A stretch of 64,000 nt of DNA from Chloroflexota bacterium (GTDB taxonomy: Bacteria; Chloroflexota; UBA6077; SHYK01): the NCBI GenBank assembly GCA_009692845.1, contig SHYK01000007.1, positions 6,631-70,630 on the forward strand. The letters run 5' to 3'. The notes beneath the pieces were generated by a model. It saw only the letters and a list, made by a program, of their open reading frames with translations. It did no database searches and was not told the DNA's origin. Position 1 is the first letter of the stretch. Each line of letters opens with the position of its first letter. Of this stretch, positions 47,858 to 57,126 are shown piece after piece. The position numbers and the translations under genes were made by a program.

Positions 47858-50053
47858 CTATCCCTTCAAGAGTTCATCGAGGGCCCGAAGCCAGGGGCCC
47901 TGGAGACTTTCAAGGGGGACAGAGAGAAGTGAGCCAAAGCTGATCTCCCGCCCGGCCGCCGAGCCGAGCTGAACCAGGGGGGTGTTCCAGCGGTGCGCGG
48001 CCGCTTCGATGTGAGTGGAATTCTCCACCGCCGCCGCGATGATTATGCGGGACGGGGCCTCGCCGAACAATGAAATGTCCGGACGGGGCGCCGACATCCA
48101 GTCCGTGTCACAACGGATGCCAATATTGGACTCGAGTGCCAGCTCGGCCAGCGTGACCGCCAACCCACCATCAGCTACATCAGTCGCCCGCCGCACTGCC
48201 CCGGTTGCGATCAACTCCCGAACGCAAGCTTGGACTCGGCGTTCCATATCGAGATCAATCCGGGGAGAGACAAGCCCGCTCCAGCCATGAATCGCCGCCG
48301 CATATTCACTGCCCGCCAACCACCCTTCCGGTGGCCCTACCAGCCAGAGCATGTCGCCTGCCTCAACCAGCGCAGCCGCGTGCCGCTCGATATTGTCAAT
48401 AAGCCCCAATGCGCCGACGATGGGAGTCGGAAGAATGGGTTCCCCCTCACTTTCGTTGTAAAGCGAGACATTTCCACTGATGATCGGCACGTCGAGTGCC
48501 AGGCAAGCGTCCCGAATTCCTTCAATCGCGCCTACCAGCGCCCACCAAACCTCGGGCCGTTCCGGGTCGCCAAAGTTGAGACAATCAGTCAGAGCGATGG
48601 GACGGCCGCCGCCGCAGACCACATTCCGACAGGCCTCGGCGACTGCGACCGCGCCCCCCGTCCACGGGTCCAACGCGCATACCCGGGGATTGAGTCCCAG
48701 ACCCAGTACGAGCCCCTTCGAGGTGCCCTTCACTCTAAGAACCGCGGCCCCGTCCCCCGGCGGAACGACGGTATTGATTTGCACCATGTGGTCGTATTGC
48801 TCGAAGACCGGACGGCGGCTGCACAGATTGGGATTGGCGATGAGCCGACGGAGCACGTCCCCTAGATCAGATGGAGCTTCAAACGGCGGCTCGTCGGCCA
48901 CAGGCGGCCCGGCTGGCTGCAAAAAAGCAGCCCCCTGGTAGCGCGGCGCACCCTCGGAAAGAAACTCCGCTGGAAGCTCGGCGACAACGTCGTCTCCATC
49001 CCGGACCCGCACCAACCCGTCATCGGTCACCTCGCCGATGGTATCCGCCCGCAGGCCCCACCGCTGAAAGAGGCTCAGCAACTGAGCTTCCCCAGCCGGC
49101 TCGACTACAAACAGCATGCGCTCCTGCGATTCGGAGAGCATGACCTCGTACGGGCTCATACCCGACTCGCGCCGGCTAACTTTGGCAATGTCGATGTCGA
49201 TTCCGCTGCCGCCATGCGCGGCAACCTCCGTAGCAGCTCCAGTAAGCCCGGCCGCCCCGAGATCCTGCACAGCAATCACACCGGGCTGCCCCAGCGCTTC
49301 GAGGCACGCTTCCAGCACCAGCTTTCCCAGGAATGGGTTCCCAACTTGCACCGCCGGGCGCTTCTCTTCATTCGCCTCGCTGAGCTCCACTGAAGCGAAG
49401 CTCGCTCCCGCGATGCCGTCCCGTCCAGTGGCCGAGCCCACCAGCAGCACTCGGTTGTGCGCACCTTGGGCCTTTGCCCGCACGATGTGATCGCTGGAAG
49501 CAATGCCCAGGCAGAGGACATTCACTAGCGGGTTCCCGTTGTAGTGCTGGTCGAAAAACATGCTGCCGCCCACAGTCGGGACGCCGACGCAATTTCCATA
49601 GAAAGCGATCCCCGCCACCACCCCGCCGGTGAGGTACGGAGTGCGTGGCGCATCTGGCGCTCCGAAGCAAAGGGCGTCCATGAGCGCGATTGGCCGCGCG
49701 CCCATCGCGAAGATGTCCCGCAGGATGCCGCCCACCCCGGTGGCCGCCCCCTGAAAAGGCTCGACCGCGCTGGGATGGTTGTGCGACTCGATCTTCATGA
49801 CTGCCGCCAGTCCATCGCCGATGTCGACCGCGCCGGCGTTTTCGCCCGGCCCCTGGAGCACCTGCGGTCCTTCAGTCGGGAAGCGACGCAGCAGTGAACG
49901 GGAGTGTTTGTAGGAGCAATGTTCGCTCCAGAGCACGCCAAACATGCCGAGCTCGAGCGGATTCGGTGCCCGTCCGAGGCTCTCACAAATCAGCGCATAT
50001 TCATGCTCGGTGAGCCCGGCCCGTTGAACGGCGAGCGACTCAGCTTGGGACAA
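47858..50053 (-). CDS. purL: Phosphoribosylformylglycinamidine synthase subunit PurL
   Basis: 731 aa with LGMFGVLWSEHCSYKHS...IESHNHPS..., a duplicated AIR-synthase-like fold. Confidence 0.95.
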   Translation of the reverse strand: MSQAESLAVQRAGLTEHEYALICESLGRAPNPLELGMFGVLWSEHCSYKHSRSLLRRFPTEGPQVLQGPGENAGAVDIGDGLAAVMKIESHNHPSAVEPFQGAATGVGGILRDIFAMGARPIALMDALCFGAPDAPRTPYLTGGVVAGIAFYGNCVGVPTVGGSMFFDQHYNGNPLVNVLCLGIASSDHIVRAKAQGAHNRVLLVGSATGRDGIAGASFASVELSEANEEKRPAVQVGNPFLGKLVLEACLEALGQPGVIAVQDLGAAGLTGAATEVAAHGGSGIDIDIAKVSRRESGMSPYEVMLSESQERMLFVVEPAGEAQLLSLFQRWGLRADTIGEVTDDGLVRVRDGDDVVAELPAEFLSEGAPRYQGAAFLQPAGPPVADEPPFEAPSDLGDVLRRLIANPNLCSRRPVFEQYDHMVQINTVVPPGDGAAVLRVKGTSKGLVLGLGLNPRVCALDPWTGGAVAVAEACRNVVCGGGRPIALTDCLNFGDPERPEVWWALVGAIEGIRDACLALDVPIISGNVSLYNESEGEPILPTPIVGALGLIDNIERHAAALVEAGDMLWLVGPPEGWLAGSEYAAAIHGWSGLVSPRIDLDMERRVQACVRELIATGAVRRATDVADGGLAVTLAELALESNIGIRCDTDWMSAPRPDISLFGEAPSRIIIAAAVENSTHIEAAAHRWNTPLVQLGSAAGREISFGSLLSVPLESLQGPWLRALDELLKG

Positions 50054-50819
50054 GCGGATTCCGGGCTGGCGCCGCGCCGATTCTTGCCCCCCGCTCGGCC
50101 GCCCAACGCTCGACTGACTCGAAAATCAAACGGCCGTCGGTTCCCCCCAGCAGCGGCTCCGCACATCGTTCCGGGTGAGGCATCAGCCCGAAGACATTTC
50201 CGCTCAAGTTACAGACGCCTGCCACGGATCCGGTCGAACCGTTTGGATTCGCCTCCGGAGCCAGCACACCTCGCTCATCGCAGTAGCGCACCACGATTTG
50301 TCCGTGCGCCTCCAATTCGGCCAACGTGGGGGGGTCGAGAAAGTAGCTTCCTTCATGGTGGGCAACCGGCAGCCGCAGAACGCTCGACTCGGACAAACCG
50401 GCCGTAAAGGGCGTAGCCAGTGAATCGACGCGCAGATGGACCCACCGACAAACGAAGCGCAGGCTCGCATTCTGAAGCATGGCCCCCGGCAGCATGCCCG
50501 CCTCGACGAGCACCTGGAAACCATTGCAAATGCCCAGGACCAGGCCGCCATCGGCGGCAAACCGTCGCACGGATTCCATCACCGGAGAAAAGCGGGCGAT
50601 CGCTCCTGCTCGAAGGTAATCGCCGTGGGCGAAGCCGCCCGGGAGCACCAGACAATCGAAAGCCGAGAGGTCGGTCATCTCGTGCCAGACGAGATCGGCC
50701 CGCTGCCCCATCACCTGGGTAAGGACGTGAACCGCGTCCCGTTCACAATTGCTCCCGGGAAAAACGATCACGCCGTAATTCACTTGAACCTCCGCCGAAG
50801 TGGCTCCAAATTTTACCAT
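50040..50819 (-). CDS. purQ: Phosphoribosylformylglycinamidine synthase glutaminase subunit PurQ
   Basis: VIVFPGSNCERD...LVLPGGFAHGDYLR...GICNGFQVL...MPHPER is a class I GATase triad context. The start may lie slightly downstream of 50819. Confidence 0.9.
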   Translation of the reverse strand: MVKFGATSAEVQVNYGVIVFPGSNCERDAVHVLTQVMGQRADLVWHEMTDLSAFDCLVLPGGFAHGDYLRAGAIARFSPVMESVRRFAADGGLVLGICNGFQVLVEAGMLPGAMLQNASLRFVCRWVHLRVDSLATPFTAGLSESSVLRLPVAHHEGSYFLDPPTLAELEAHGQIVVRYCDERGVLAPEANPNGSTGSVAGVCNLSGNVFGLMPHPERCAEPLLGGTDGRLIFESVERWAAERGARIGAAPARNPLVPS

Positions 50820-50871
50820 CCGCCGGACCGCCTTTCTGACCGGACAGCGACTCCCTGTCAGCCAGCAAAAA

Positions 50872-50916
50872 TCACGAGCGGAGCGTGCTTTAGCGGGGTT
50901 TGGGGCAGAGCCCCAA
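50872..50916. repeat. REP-like family A copy, inverted relative to 9895-9940
   Basis: tcacgagcggagcgTgctttagcggggtttggggcagagccccaa compares with the reverse complement of 9895-9940, which carries A in place of the capitalised T. This is about 44/45 matches by eye. Confidence 0.8.
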
Positions 50917-50998
50917 AGTTAAAAAAGCCTCATTTCCGCACGTGGCTCGGCATAGGCACCCCTATAATGCTGAGTCATCAAAATCGGCTGAGGGCAGC

Positions 50999-51658
50999 GT
51001 GTATCACGACGCCTTGAACTTGAGTTCGGGTCGAGGTTCGACCAGTCGAGTCCTCGCAATGCTCTGGGATGTGACCCAGACCATTGGGCTCGCTCTGCTC
51101 ATCTTCTTCTCCATTCGCGTGGTCGCCCAGAACTTCAAGGTCGAGGGCGCATCCATGGAGCCGACCCTGCACAACGGCCAGTTTCTAATCATTGTGAAGG
51201 CCGCCTACGCGCGCGTTGACGGCACTCCGTTCGAGCCGCTCCGCGCGCTAGCCCACAGCAGTTCTTGCGACCCTTGCCCAGTACTTGCGGCACATGAGCC
51301 CGACTTCCTCTTCGGCGGGCCGGAGCGGGGCGACATCGCGGTGTTCCTCTCGCCCACTCCACCCGAGCGTGATTTCATCAAGCGGGTCGTCGGCCTCCCT
51401 GGGGACATAGTCGAGGTCCGGGGCGGACGGGTGCACCTGAACGGGGTGCTGCAGGAGGAGCCGTACATTCGCGGCCCCGCCAACTACCAGAGCCCGCCCC
51501 AGGTTGTTCCCCGAGGCGAGTACTTTGTGCTGGGTGACAACCGATCCAACAGCTCCGACTCCCATATTTGGGGTTTCTTGCCGGCCGATAATCTGATCGG
51601 GAAGGCCTGGCTGACGTACTGGCCGCCACCGCTCTGGGGCATACTGAGCGGCGCCTAG
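50999..51658 (+). CDS. lepB: Signal peptidase I
   Basis: FKVEGASMEPTLHNGQ contains the catalytic Ser box. GDIVVF-like GDIAVF, KRVVGLPGD and GDNRSNSSDSHIWGFLP are also present. The start is uncertain: GTG 50999 or ATG 51059. TATAAT lies at 50963-50968. Confidence 0.85.
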   Translation: MYHDALNLSSGRGSTSRVLAMLWDVTQTIGLALLIFFSIRVVAQNFKVEGASMEPTLHNGQFLIIVKAAYARVDGTPFEPLRALAHSSSCDPCPVLAAHEPDFLFGGPERGDIAVFLSPTPPERDFIKRVVGLPGDIVEVRGGRVHLNGVLQEEPYIRGPANYQSPPQVVPRGEYFVLGDNRSNSSDSHIWGFLPADNLIGKAWLTYWPPPLWGILSGA

Positions 51659-51698
51659 CCGTGCCCAGCCATATCGCGATTATCGGTGCCCCTCCGCC

Positions 51699-52541
51699 TT
51701 GGGTGGACCGTACCCGGGCCCCGAGCTGGGTCCCAAATGGATCCGAGCCGCCGGCCTCATCGGTAAGCTCGAAGCTGACGGCTTTGAAGTGTGGGATCTG
51801 GGGGATGTCGAGAACCCACCGGTCGGATTGAGTTCCGCTCCAGAACTACGAGGGATGGACACCATGGGTGTCCTGACTCGTGGCCGAGTCGAACATGCCC
51901 TTCAGAAGGGGATGTTCCCGGTGGTTATCGGCGGCGACCACGGCACCGCGCTCGGCCCGATCGCCGCATCTGCGGCCCACCATCCTACCTTAGGGATTCT
52001 CTGGGTCGACGCCCATCCCGACTTCAATACCCTGGAATCGTCAACCACTAAGAATCCCCACGGCATGGTGCTGGCCTTGGCCGCCGGGCTCGGTCCGCGA
52101 TCCGCTCTCGAGTCGCTCGGCCGCGTACCCTTAGTTCCGCCTCGCCGAATCGCCATCCTGGGCGCCCGATCCATCGACGACGCCGAAAGGACCCTACTGG
52201 ATCAGCACGAGGTCCGATGCTCAACCACCGACGAAATCCTCCGGTTCGGTCTCGTCGAGTCAGCCGACGAGGCGATCCGCTATCTCAAGGCTCAGGGAGC
52301 CGAGGCAATTCACCTGAGTATCGACCTCGACATCCTCAACCCGGCTAATTGGCCGGGCGTCTCAACGCCGGTAGACGGAGGGCTTAGCTTCGACGAGCTA
52401 GTGACCTTGGTGGCCTGGACGATGGATGAGGCGAATGTCGTCTCGATCGACGTCTCAGAGCTCAACCCAAACCGAGATCGCCGAGAACAGACGACTGAAG
52501 CGGCCGTGGCCGTCATTCAGTCAGCCGTCGCTGCTCTCTAG
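51699..52541 (+). CDS. Arginase/agmatinase/formiminoglutamase-family hydrolase, with its N-terminus displaced into another frame
   Basis: VVIGGDHGTALG...LWVDAHPDFNT...HLSIDLDILNP are the Mn-binding motifs. The expected N-terminal IAIIGAP motif is encoded from GTG 51661 in a different frame. Confidence 0.8.
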   Translation: MGGPYPGPELGPKWIRAAGLIGKLEADGFEVWDLGDVENPPVGLSSAPELRGMDTMGVLTRGRVEHALQKGMFPVVIGGDHGTALGPIAASAAHHPTLGILWVDAHPDFNTLESSTTKNPHGMVLALAAGLGPRSALESLGRVPLVPPRRIAILGARSIDDAERTLLDQHEVRCSTTDEILRFGLVESADEAIRYLKAQGAEAIHLSIDLDILNPANWPGVSTPVDGGLSFDELVTLVAWTMDEANVVSIDVSELNPNRDRREQTTEAAVAVIQSAVAAL

Positions 52542-52799
52542 ACTTAGCCCGAGCGAGCAGGTCTTCATCAATCTCGATGGTCGTCCGTTTCGGTATGAGT
52601 ACAACTCCCACAATGAGCTGTACATACCGGTTATCTCGGTTTCCAGGCTAGTAGCTCAGCCCGCTTGCCGGGCCAATGCGACCCTGGTTGTTTACCCCAT
52701 TCGCTCACCGCTTTTGCTGAGCTGCTGAACTTCGAGAGCATCCGTCCACCCATTTCGGCATTGGTCGTCAAGATCGACCAACCGACTACCAGGTGGCGC

Positions 52800-53591
52800 T
52801 TAGGCCGCGGCCGCCGGGCAGGTTGGGCAGCAGAGGAGTAAGCAACCCGGGACTGCCGTTTCGATGACGACGCCGCACGCATCGTCCACGCAGAGGGCTC
52901 CGCTCGCCCAGGCTTTCCGTCCTTCGTAGAGGGCCAATCCCGCTACCGCCAGGGCGGCGACCGAATCCATCCACCACCAACCGAGGAACGCGTTGGCGGC
53001 GAGCCCGACCAGAACCACCGCGGACAGATAGGTGCAAAGCTGGGTCTCCGATGCATCCGCCTGTAGCGAGACCGATCCCAGGCCGGTGGCAACGCGCCGC
53101 TTGGCCCATGCGAGACCGGGCATCACCACCAGGGAGGTCGCTACGAGCACTAACCCAACGGTGCTGTGCTCGGCCGCCTCTCCGATCCCGAGGAGGCGGC
53201 TACCAGCGTCGTAGATCACGTATGCCCCGATTGCAAAGAATGACAGGGCAATGAGCCGTACGGCGCGATGTTCGGAGCGCTCCCGGGCTTCCTCATCTTC
53301 ATCCTTCCGGGTGAGGAGCCAGACGATCACGAGGGCGCTGCTCACTTCCACGACGGAGTCGAGCCCAAAGCCGACCAGCGCGATCGAGCCTGCCATCAGT
53401 CCGCTGGCAATGGCGACGACCGCTTCGACGACGTTCCAGGCAATGGTGGCTCCGGTCAGGACCCAGGCAGTCCGGCGGAGCCCGAGCGGCGAGGGGGCAG
53501 CCTGGTCTTCGCATTCGCAGCATTCGTCGCACGGCTCACAGGGATCGGTACAGGCAACGGTCAAAAGGGTTGGTTCGATGGTCGCAGTCAA
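52800..53591 (-). CDS. Cation diffusion facilitator (CDF) family metal efflux protein with Cys-rich termini
   Basis: WNVVEAVVAIASGLMAGSIALVGFGLDSVVEVSSAL is the CDF TM1-2 signature. The N-terminus reads CTDPCEPCDECCECE and the C-terminus reads CVDDACG...GCLLLCCPTCP. The TTG start overlaps the arsR-family stop (TTGA). Confidence 0.75.
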   Translation of the reverse strand: MTATIEPTLLTVACTDPCEPCDECCECEDQAAPSPLGLRRTAWVLTGATIAWNVVEAVVAIASGLMAGSIALVGFGLDSVVEVSSALVIVWLLTRKDEDEEARERSEHRAVRLIALSFFAIGAYVIYDAGSRLLGIGEAAEHSTVGLVLVATSLVVMPGLAWAKRRVATGLGSVSLQADASETQLCTYLSAVVLVGLAANAFLGWWWMDSVAALAVAGLALYEGRKAWASGALCVDDACGVVIETAVPGCLLLCCPTCPAAAA

Positions 53592-53920
53592 TGGGCCTCC
53601 TCCAGCAGGTCGCAGTTGCCCAGACGAGCAGCGATGCGCTCGATGAGTGGCTCGTGGTCGGTGAGCAGGTCCTCGATACCATCCGCCAACCGGTAGTAGA
53701 CGTGGCGCCAGTCCAGGCGCGCTTCGATCAAGCCGCAGTCGCGAAGACAGGCAAGGTGTCGGCTGGCGTTGCTGAGTGAGAGCCCTGCTTCATTGGCGAC
53801 CTCGGTGACCCCGAGCTCACCGTCGCGCAAAGCGTCGAGGATGGCCAGGCGCGCAGGCTCAGCCAGGCCGTGGTAGAAGCGGGCCCGCATTTCTGGGGTG
53901 AGCGAGACTTTCGTTTGCAT
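53588..53920 (-). CDS. ArsR/SmtB family metalloregulator
   Basis: FYHGLAEPARLAILDALRDGELGVTEVANEAGLSLSNASRHLACLRDCGLI. Confidence 0.9.
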   Translation of the reverse strand: MQTKVSLTPEMRARFYHGLAEPARLAILDALRDGELGVTEVANEAGLSLSNASRHLACLRDCGLIEARLDWRHVYYRLADGIEDLLTDHEPLIERIAARLGNCDLLEEAH

Positions 53921-53956
53921 ATGTACGCAAATGATACGCTCACTTGCGTGTATATG
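53918..53956. promoter_or_regulatory. Candidate ArsR/SmtB operator (imperfect 13-bp inverted repeat)
   Basis: catatgtacgcaa-N13-ttgcgtgtatatg matches 11/13 when the arms are compared as reverse complements. It lies directly upstream of and overlaps the regulator's ATG, in the divergent region shared with the ZIP gene. Confidence 0.45.
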
Positions 53957-54140
53957 CCAAACGACGTGAGAAATCCAGGGGAGTTCCCTAGTTGAGCGCA
54001 GCGGGTGAGAGTCCAGATGCCCGTTTGCATTGACGTGAGACTGGCATTTCGGCTACATAGGCGTACCCGATCCGCGACGAAAATCATCGCGTCATCCTCG
54101 CGGGTCTCGCCTTGTCAGAGCCCCTCGGCGCACGCCCGCA

Positions 54141-54950
54141 GTGTTCCATTTCACGTTTACGCCTTGGGAGGAACTTGTGCCTATTGGTATTCTGCTCGCT
54201 GGTTTCGCCGGACTCTCTGATCTCCTCGGCGCCGCGCTGGTGCTTCGCGGCGGACGGATCGTGTCCGTCTGGTTCGACTACATCCTGGCCTATGGCACCG
54301 GGTTTGCGTTGTCAATCGCGTTGGCCGAGCTGATTCCTAGCGGTCTGGCGGGTGGCGGAGAGACCGGCCCCTTTTGGGTGCTCGCAGGCTTCTCAACCCT
54401 GTACCTCGTGGACAAGCTCCTCGAAGGTAGCGGCGAAGAAGTACAGAAGGCCGGGCGCGGAATCATGTCGGGCCTGGGGATCACGATCGTAGGTGTGGCG
54501 ATCTGCGACTTCTTCGATGGGTTTGCGGTAGCGTCTGTGGTCACTGGGGCAGCCGCCCTGGGCGCCACGGAAGCGGCGGAGAGTACCGCCAGTGGATGGC
54601 TATTGCTGGCTGGTCTGTTTCCGCATAACTTTCTGGAGGGCGCAAGCATCACGCTTTTATTGCTCGGCGCGGGCATGTCCCGCGGGAGTACGTGGGTGCT
54701 TGTCATCTTACTCGGGCTTTCGAGCCTCCTGGGAGGCTTCGCGGTCCAGATGGCGATTCCTGTGGCAGCCCGCGCGGCGGTTCAGGCCTTCGCCGGGGGA
54801 CTGCTCTTGCACCTGGTCGCGTCGGAGCGAATCCCGAGCTTCGAGGGGAAACGCGCAAAGACTATGGCGATCCTGGTGGTCGCCGGCATCATTACCTTCG
54901 TGGCAACCGAGCTATTGATCAGCGGAATGGGCCTCGAAGGCGGGGGCTGA
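54141..54950 (+). CDS. ZIP family metal transporter (ZupT-like)
   Basis: It is multi-TM. LFPHNFLEGASI matches the ZIP HNxxEG motif, and DFFDGFAV is also present. Confidence 0.8.
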   Translation: MFHFTFTPWEELVPIGILLAGFAGLSDLLGAALVLRGGRIVSVWFDYILAYGTGFALSIALAELIPSGLAGGGETGPFWVLAGFSTLYLVDKLLEGSGEEVQKAGRGIMSGLGITIVGVAICDFFDGFAVASVVTGAAALGATEAAESTASGWLLLAGLFPHNFLEGASITLLLLGAGMSRGSTWVLVILLGLSSLLGGFAVQMAIPVAARAAVQAFAGGLLLHLVASERIPSFEGKRAKTMAILVVAGIITFVATELLISGMGLEGGG

Positions 54951-55207
54951 CGATGGGCCTTGTAGGGTCTGTCCTTCCCGGTGGTGTCTAGGAAAGCTCA
55001 GGAGCTAGTTCCGGCCTCGTCTGGTTTGGATGAAGTGTCTGGTTCAGCCGGCCCGTCCTGCTGACGGTGGAGCTGGATAAATGAATCGATCGCGTACCAG
55101 AACACCAGGAAAGCTGGTACCTGGGTGAAGCCCAGGCCAAGCGTCCAGCTGCCCAAGCTTGCTCATAGATCCGGGCCTAGCTTGTCAGAACGGGCATCGT
55201 TCTTCCG

Positions 55208-55241
55208 CTTGCACCTGGGGTGGGCTTGCACCTGGGGTGGG
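55208..55241. repeat. Perfect 17-bp tandem duplication (intergenic)
   Basis: cttgcacctggggtggg occurs twice, at 55208-55224 and 55225-55241. Confidence 0.9.
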
Positions 55242-55323
55242 CGGCTGTTAGGCTGAGGCTCAGAGACGTCGGTCCGGACGACGGACTGGCCGCGCCGGTT
55301 CGTCGGGCGACCCTCGTGCGGAG

Positions 55324-55719
55324 GTGAGAGCAGTGTCAATATGGCTGGTCCATGCAGCGGAGGCGGCCCTGGGCCCCTGGGGTCTCGCGGTCGCCGCAGG
55401 GGTTGGAGTCGTTGCCATCGCTCGGCGACGGCGTGGTCCCTCGGTCGCTGAGCTAAGTGACGGCGGGCGAGGCAGGCTTCTCCGTGCCCCAGTCGCCCTT
55501 GTTGTTGGCGGAATGGCCCTTTCTCAGCGGGTGCGCTCCAAGGTAGCGCAGGCTGGCGAATGGGCCAGCGACATCTATGCAGAGGCGCGATCTGATTGGG
55601 ATGGGCGCCATGCGGAGTCTCCCGGTGAGCATGGTGAGAAAGCGGACGCTGTAGAGGCCGCAGCCGAGATTAGCGCTGGGCGACGTACCCGCGCAGCGAA
55701 CGGCCCGGTCCAGGGATAG
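55324..55719 (+). CDS. Hypothetical small membrane-associated protein
   Basis: A 131-aa ORF with one hydrophobic segment (GPWGLAVAAGVGVVAIA). I recognise no family. Confidence 0.25.
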   Translation: MRAVSIWLVHAAEAALGPWGLAVAAGVGVVAIARRRRGPSVAELSDGGRGRLLRAPVALVVGGMALSQRVRSKVAQAGEWASDIYAEARSDWDGRHAESPGEHGEKADAVEAAAEISAGRRTRAANGPVQG

Positions 55720-56099
55720 CCCGGGCCCGCTCACTCCAAATAGGAGACCGCCTCAGTCCTCCGGCACCGGGGAGCAGGAGCCGTCGCCTTTTCCACGGCG
55801 TCTCGAATTCTTTTAGAACCTGACTGATCGCGATCCCCAGCAAGAGCTCACTCGGTCCCATGCATCTGAGCCTTTAACCATTCTCTGAGATGGAGAATAC
55901 CGGCCATACATTGGCGGGCTATCAGAATTGGCTAAAGCTAGCCGCCATGAGACGAAAAGACCGGGAAAAGAAAGGGAGGCGGTAAATGCTGAGCATGTGG
56001 AAGAGGGCCCGCTGAAGATCGTCGGGGGCCGCTATGACCTGGACACTGGCCAGGTGGAGCTGGTCGCCTAGCTACCCGAACGGCTGATCCGCCGGCCTC

Positions 56100-56345
56100 T
56101 TAGACCTGAGTTACCGTCGCAACCGGATAGTCCTCACCGGCGAGCACGACCTTGAGATTGTCGAAGTCCAGTGCAGACTCGTCGAATTCGAGATGGACGA
56201 GCTTGTGTCGGATATCGACCCGTACCGACTGGACGCCGGCCAACGGACCCAGGGCGGTCTTTACCGTGCGCTCGCAGTCTTCACAGTAATGTTGGGGACG
56301 GTCAGGATGACCTTCTTCACAGGTGCTTCCTCCAGCTTTGCTCAT
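56100..56345 (-). CDS. Heavy-metal-associated (HMA) domain protein
   Basis: HYCEDCERTVKTALGPLAGVQSVRVDIRHKLVHLEFDES...LAGEDYPV is a CxxC ferredoxin-like HMA pattern. Confidence 0.6.
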   Translation of the reverse strand: MSKAGGSTCEEGHPDRPQHYCEDCERTVKTALGPLAGVQSVRVDIRHKLVHLEFDESALDFDNLKVVLAGEDYPVATVTQV

Positions 56346-56486
56346 ACCACTGGGCGGTTTCCGCTCGGACCCGTCCGCACATTAAACCAAACCGAGCCTC
56401 CTAACCACTATTCTTGATCGGGTATTCTCGACCCCGGGGCGCCGCGCCTTCTAAGTTACGCTTGTGCGAGGAAGAAAGGATCCGTA

Positions 56487-57068
56487 ATGCACCTCTTGGC
56501 CTCGATTGCCCGATTTCCAAAGATCCGCGGAGGCACCGCATCAGTAGCCATCCTGCTCGCGGCAGTATTGATTACCCTGTCGTGGGGTCAGGTCAGGGCA
56601 CAAGAACCGCCAACCCTGTCTTCCCTGACCGACGGCGTTACTGAGGTTGTCCGTCAGGTCCTGGGGTCGACCATTCCGGATACCGCGCCTGGCCAGGACC
56701 TCGCATTGAGCCGCGTCATCATTCCGGCCGGCGAGCCTATCAGGCTGCACACTCACCCCGGTCCACAGTTTGCCTTGATCGTGGAGGGCACCCTCACCTA
56801 CACGGCCCATTGGGGCGTGGTCCAAGTCACCCGAGCCGCCGGCACCGAGGATTCTCGAGAGGAATTCGCCGGCGCGGGCCAGACGGTTGAGCTTCAGGTC
56901 GGCGATTCTTTGCTGGAGATGCCGACACTGGTTCACGAGGCCAGAAACGCTACCGATACACCTGTGGTCATCTACCTCGCCACACTGTTCCCCGAAGGAG
57001 CTCCGGCGAGCGCTCCGTTCACCGGCATCGTTCCGTCCTCTAGTGGCGGCATTGCTCAGGACTCCTAG
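56487..57068 (+). CDS. Secreted cupin-domain protein
   Basis: A signal-like N-terminus (VAILLAAVLITLSWGQVRAQ) is present. VIIPAGEPIRLHTHPGPQFALIVEGTL...HEARN is the cupin_2 pattern. Confidence 0.55.
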   Translation: MHLLASIARFPKIRGGTASVAILLAAVLITLSWGQVRAQEPPTLSSLTDGVTEVVRQVLGSTIPDTAPGQDLALSRVIIPAGEPIRLHTHPGPQFALIVEGTLTYTAHWGVVQVTRAAGTEDSREEFAGAGQTVELQVGDSLLEMPTLVHEARNATDTPVVIYLATLFPEGAPASAPFTGIVPSSSGGIAQDS

Positions 57069-57126
57069 CCGTTCGGAGCGGACGGAATACCATGGATAAG
57101 GCGGACGGAGTGCGAGGCCTGGGCGT

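Noticed and set aside
54951-55207. A short minus-strand ORF (about 55-60 aa; ...WTLGLGFTQVPAFLVFWYAIDSFIQLHRQQDGPAEPD...) that looks like a small membrane protein.
   Set aside because: It falls below the track threshold, needs a TTG start, has no SD, and I recognise no family. That is insufficient support.
55984-56071. A plus-strand remnant, ...VNAEHVEEGPLKIVGGRYDLDTGQVELVA*, resembling the C-terminus of beta-class carbonic anhydrase.
   Set aside because: It is about 28 aa only and lies in an AT-richer stretch with no N-terminal part. The similarity is judged from memory and is too weak for a feature call.
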